A DNA stretch of 63,880 nucleotides, filler included, from Octopus bimaculoides (taxonomy: Eukaryota): the NCBI RefSeq assembly GCF_001194135.2. It is 6 parts of 6 records of this genome, joined end to end, with 100 filler letters (N's around TTAATTAATTAA, not from the genome) between each part and the next. Parts side by side here need not be neighbours in the genome. Positions count along the whole stretch, not along the records: positions 62,517 to 63,880 come from NW_026327524.1; 5 more parts are not named here. The stretch is one strand, 5' to 3'. Made by a program: the position numbers and the translations under genes. Shown here piece after piece: positions 63,505 to 63,880 of this stretch. The notes under the pieces were generated by a model. It was not told the DNA's origin. It did not search any database and was given only the letters and a program-made list of their open reading frames with translations. Positions within the stretch are counted from its first letter, which is position 1. Each line of letters opens with the position of its first letter.

Positions 63505-63880
63505 CTGAAGGTTAACAGTAGACGCGTCTCTGGATTATGATTGATAATCAATTTCCTTCATCAATACTGTATTCCAGTAGTAAATTTGACTAAGCTAGCA
63601 AACTGTGCAAGCATGGACGAGTAACATTCCACACCGACACAGATCTGAAAGCATAACCGAATCCACCTCGGTCAGCCAGTCTCACTGTCCTTCCTTCAAG
63701 AAATTACCATGTGCGCGACAAGTAATACCGCAGAGAATCTGCGTATACTAACAGGGAGTGAATAATTATTACAAATTAAAAGGGTAAAAGCATAGTCAAA
63801 TTTACTACTGGAATACAGTATTGATGAAGCAAATTGATTATCAATCATAATCCAGGAACGCGTCTACTGTTAACCTTCGG
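63505..63880. mobile_element. Young MITE-like element with at least 92-bp TIRs (may extend past the window end)
   Basis: 63505-63596 vs the reverse complement of 63789-63880: 87/92 identical. Confidence 0.88.

Overview
This is repeat-rich, AT-rich eukaryotic DNA with many N gaps. It is most likely from a coleoid cephalopod such as Octopus, inferred from the SINE sequences and the extreme microsatellite density and not database-verified. No intact protein-coding gene is recognisable; most ORFs in the track are microsatellite or N artefacts. The window is a mosaic of decayed mobile elements: R4/Dong-type non-LTR pieces (RT fragment, plus an RLE 3' end sitting in (TAA)n), Penelope-like (GIY-YIG) fragments, RTE, CR1/L2-like and Tx1-like LINE ends, two DD37D (maT) Tc1/mariner copies, mariner, piggyBac and hAT derivatives, several long-TIR MITE-like foldbacks, and about 25 copies or fragments of two tRNA-derived SINE families. 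The most notable signal is a set of type I hammerhead ribozyme folds read by eye. One at 22626-22677 has a complete catalytic core. One at 39950-39990 carries a compensatory U3-A8 core pair. Decayed ones lie at 282-317, 23889-23916 and possibly in a permuted ~400-bp repeat (18.7 and 59.3 kb). Together they suggest ribozyme-bearing Penelope-type or retrozyme-type retroelements. The 44N-TTAATTAATTAA-44N blocks are assembly joiners. SINE and LINE boundaries are approximate.
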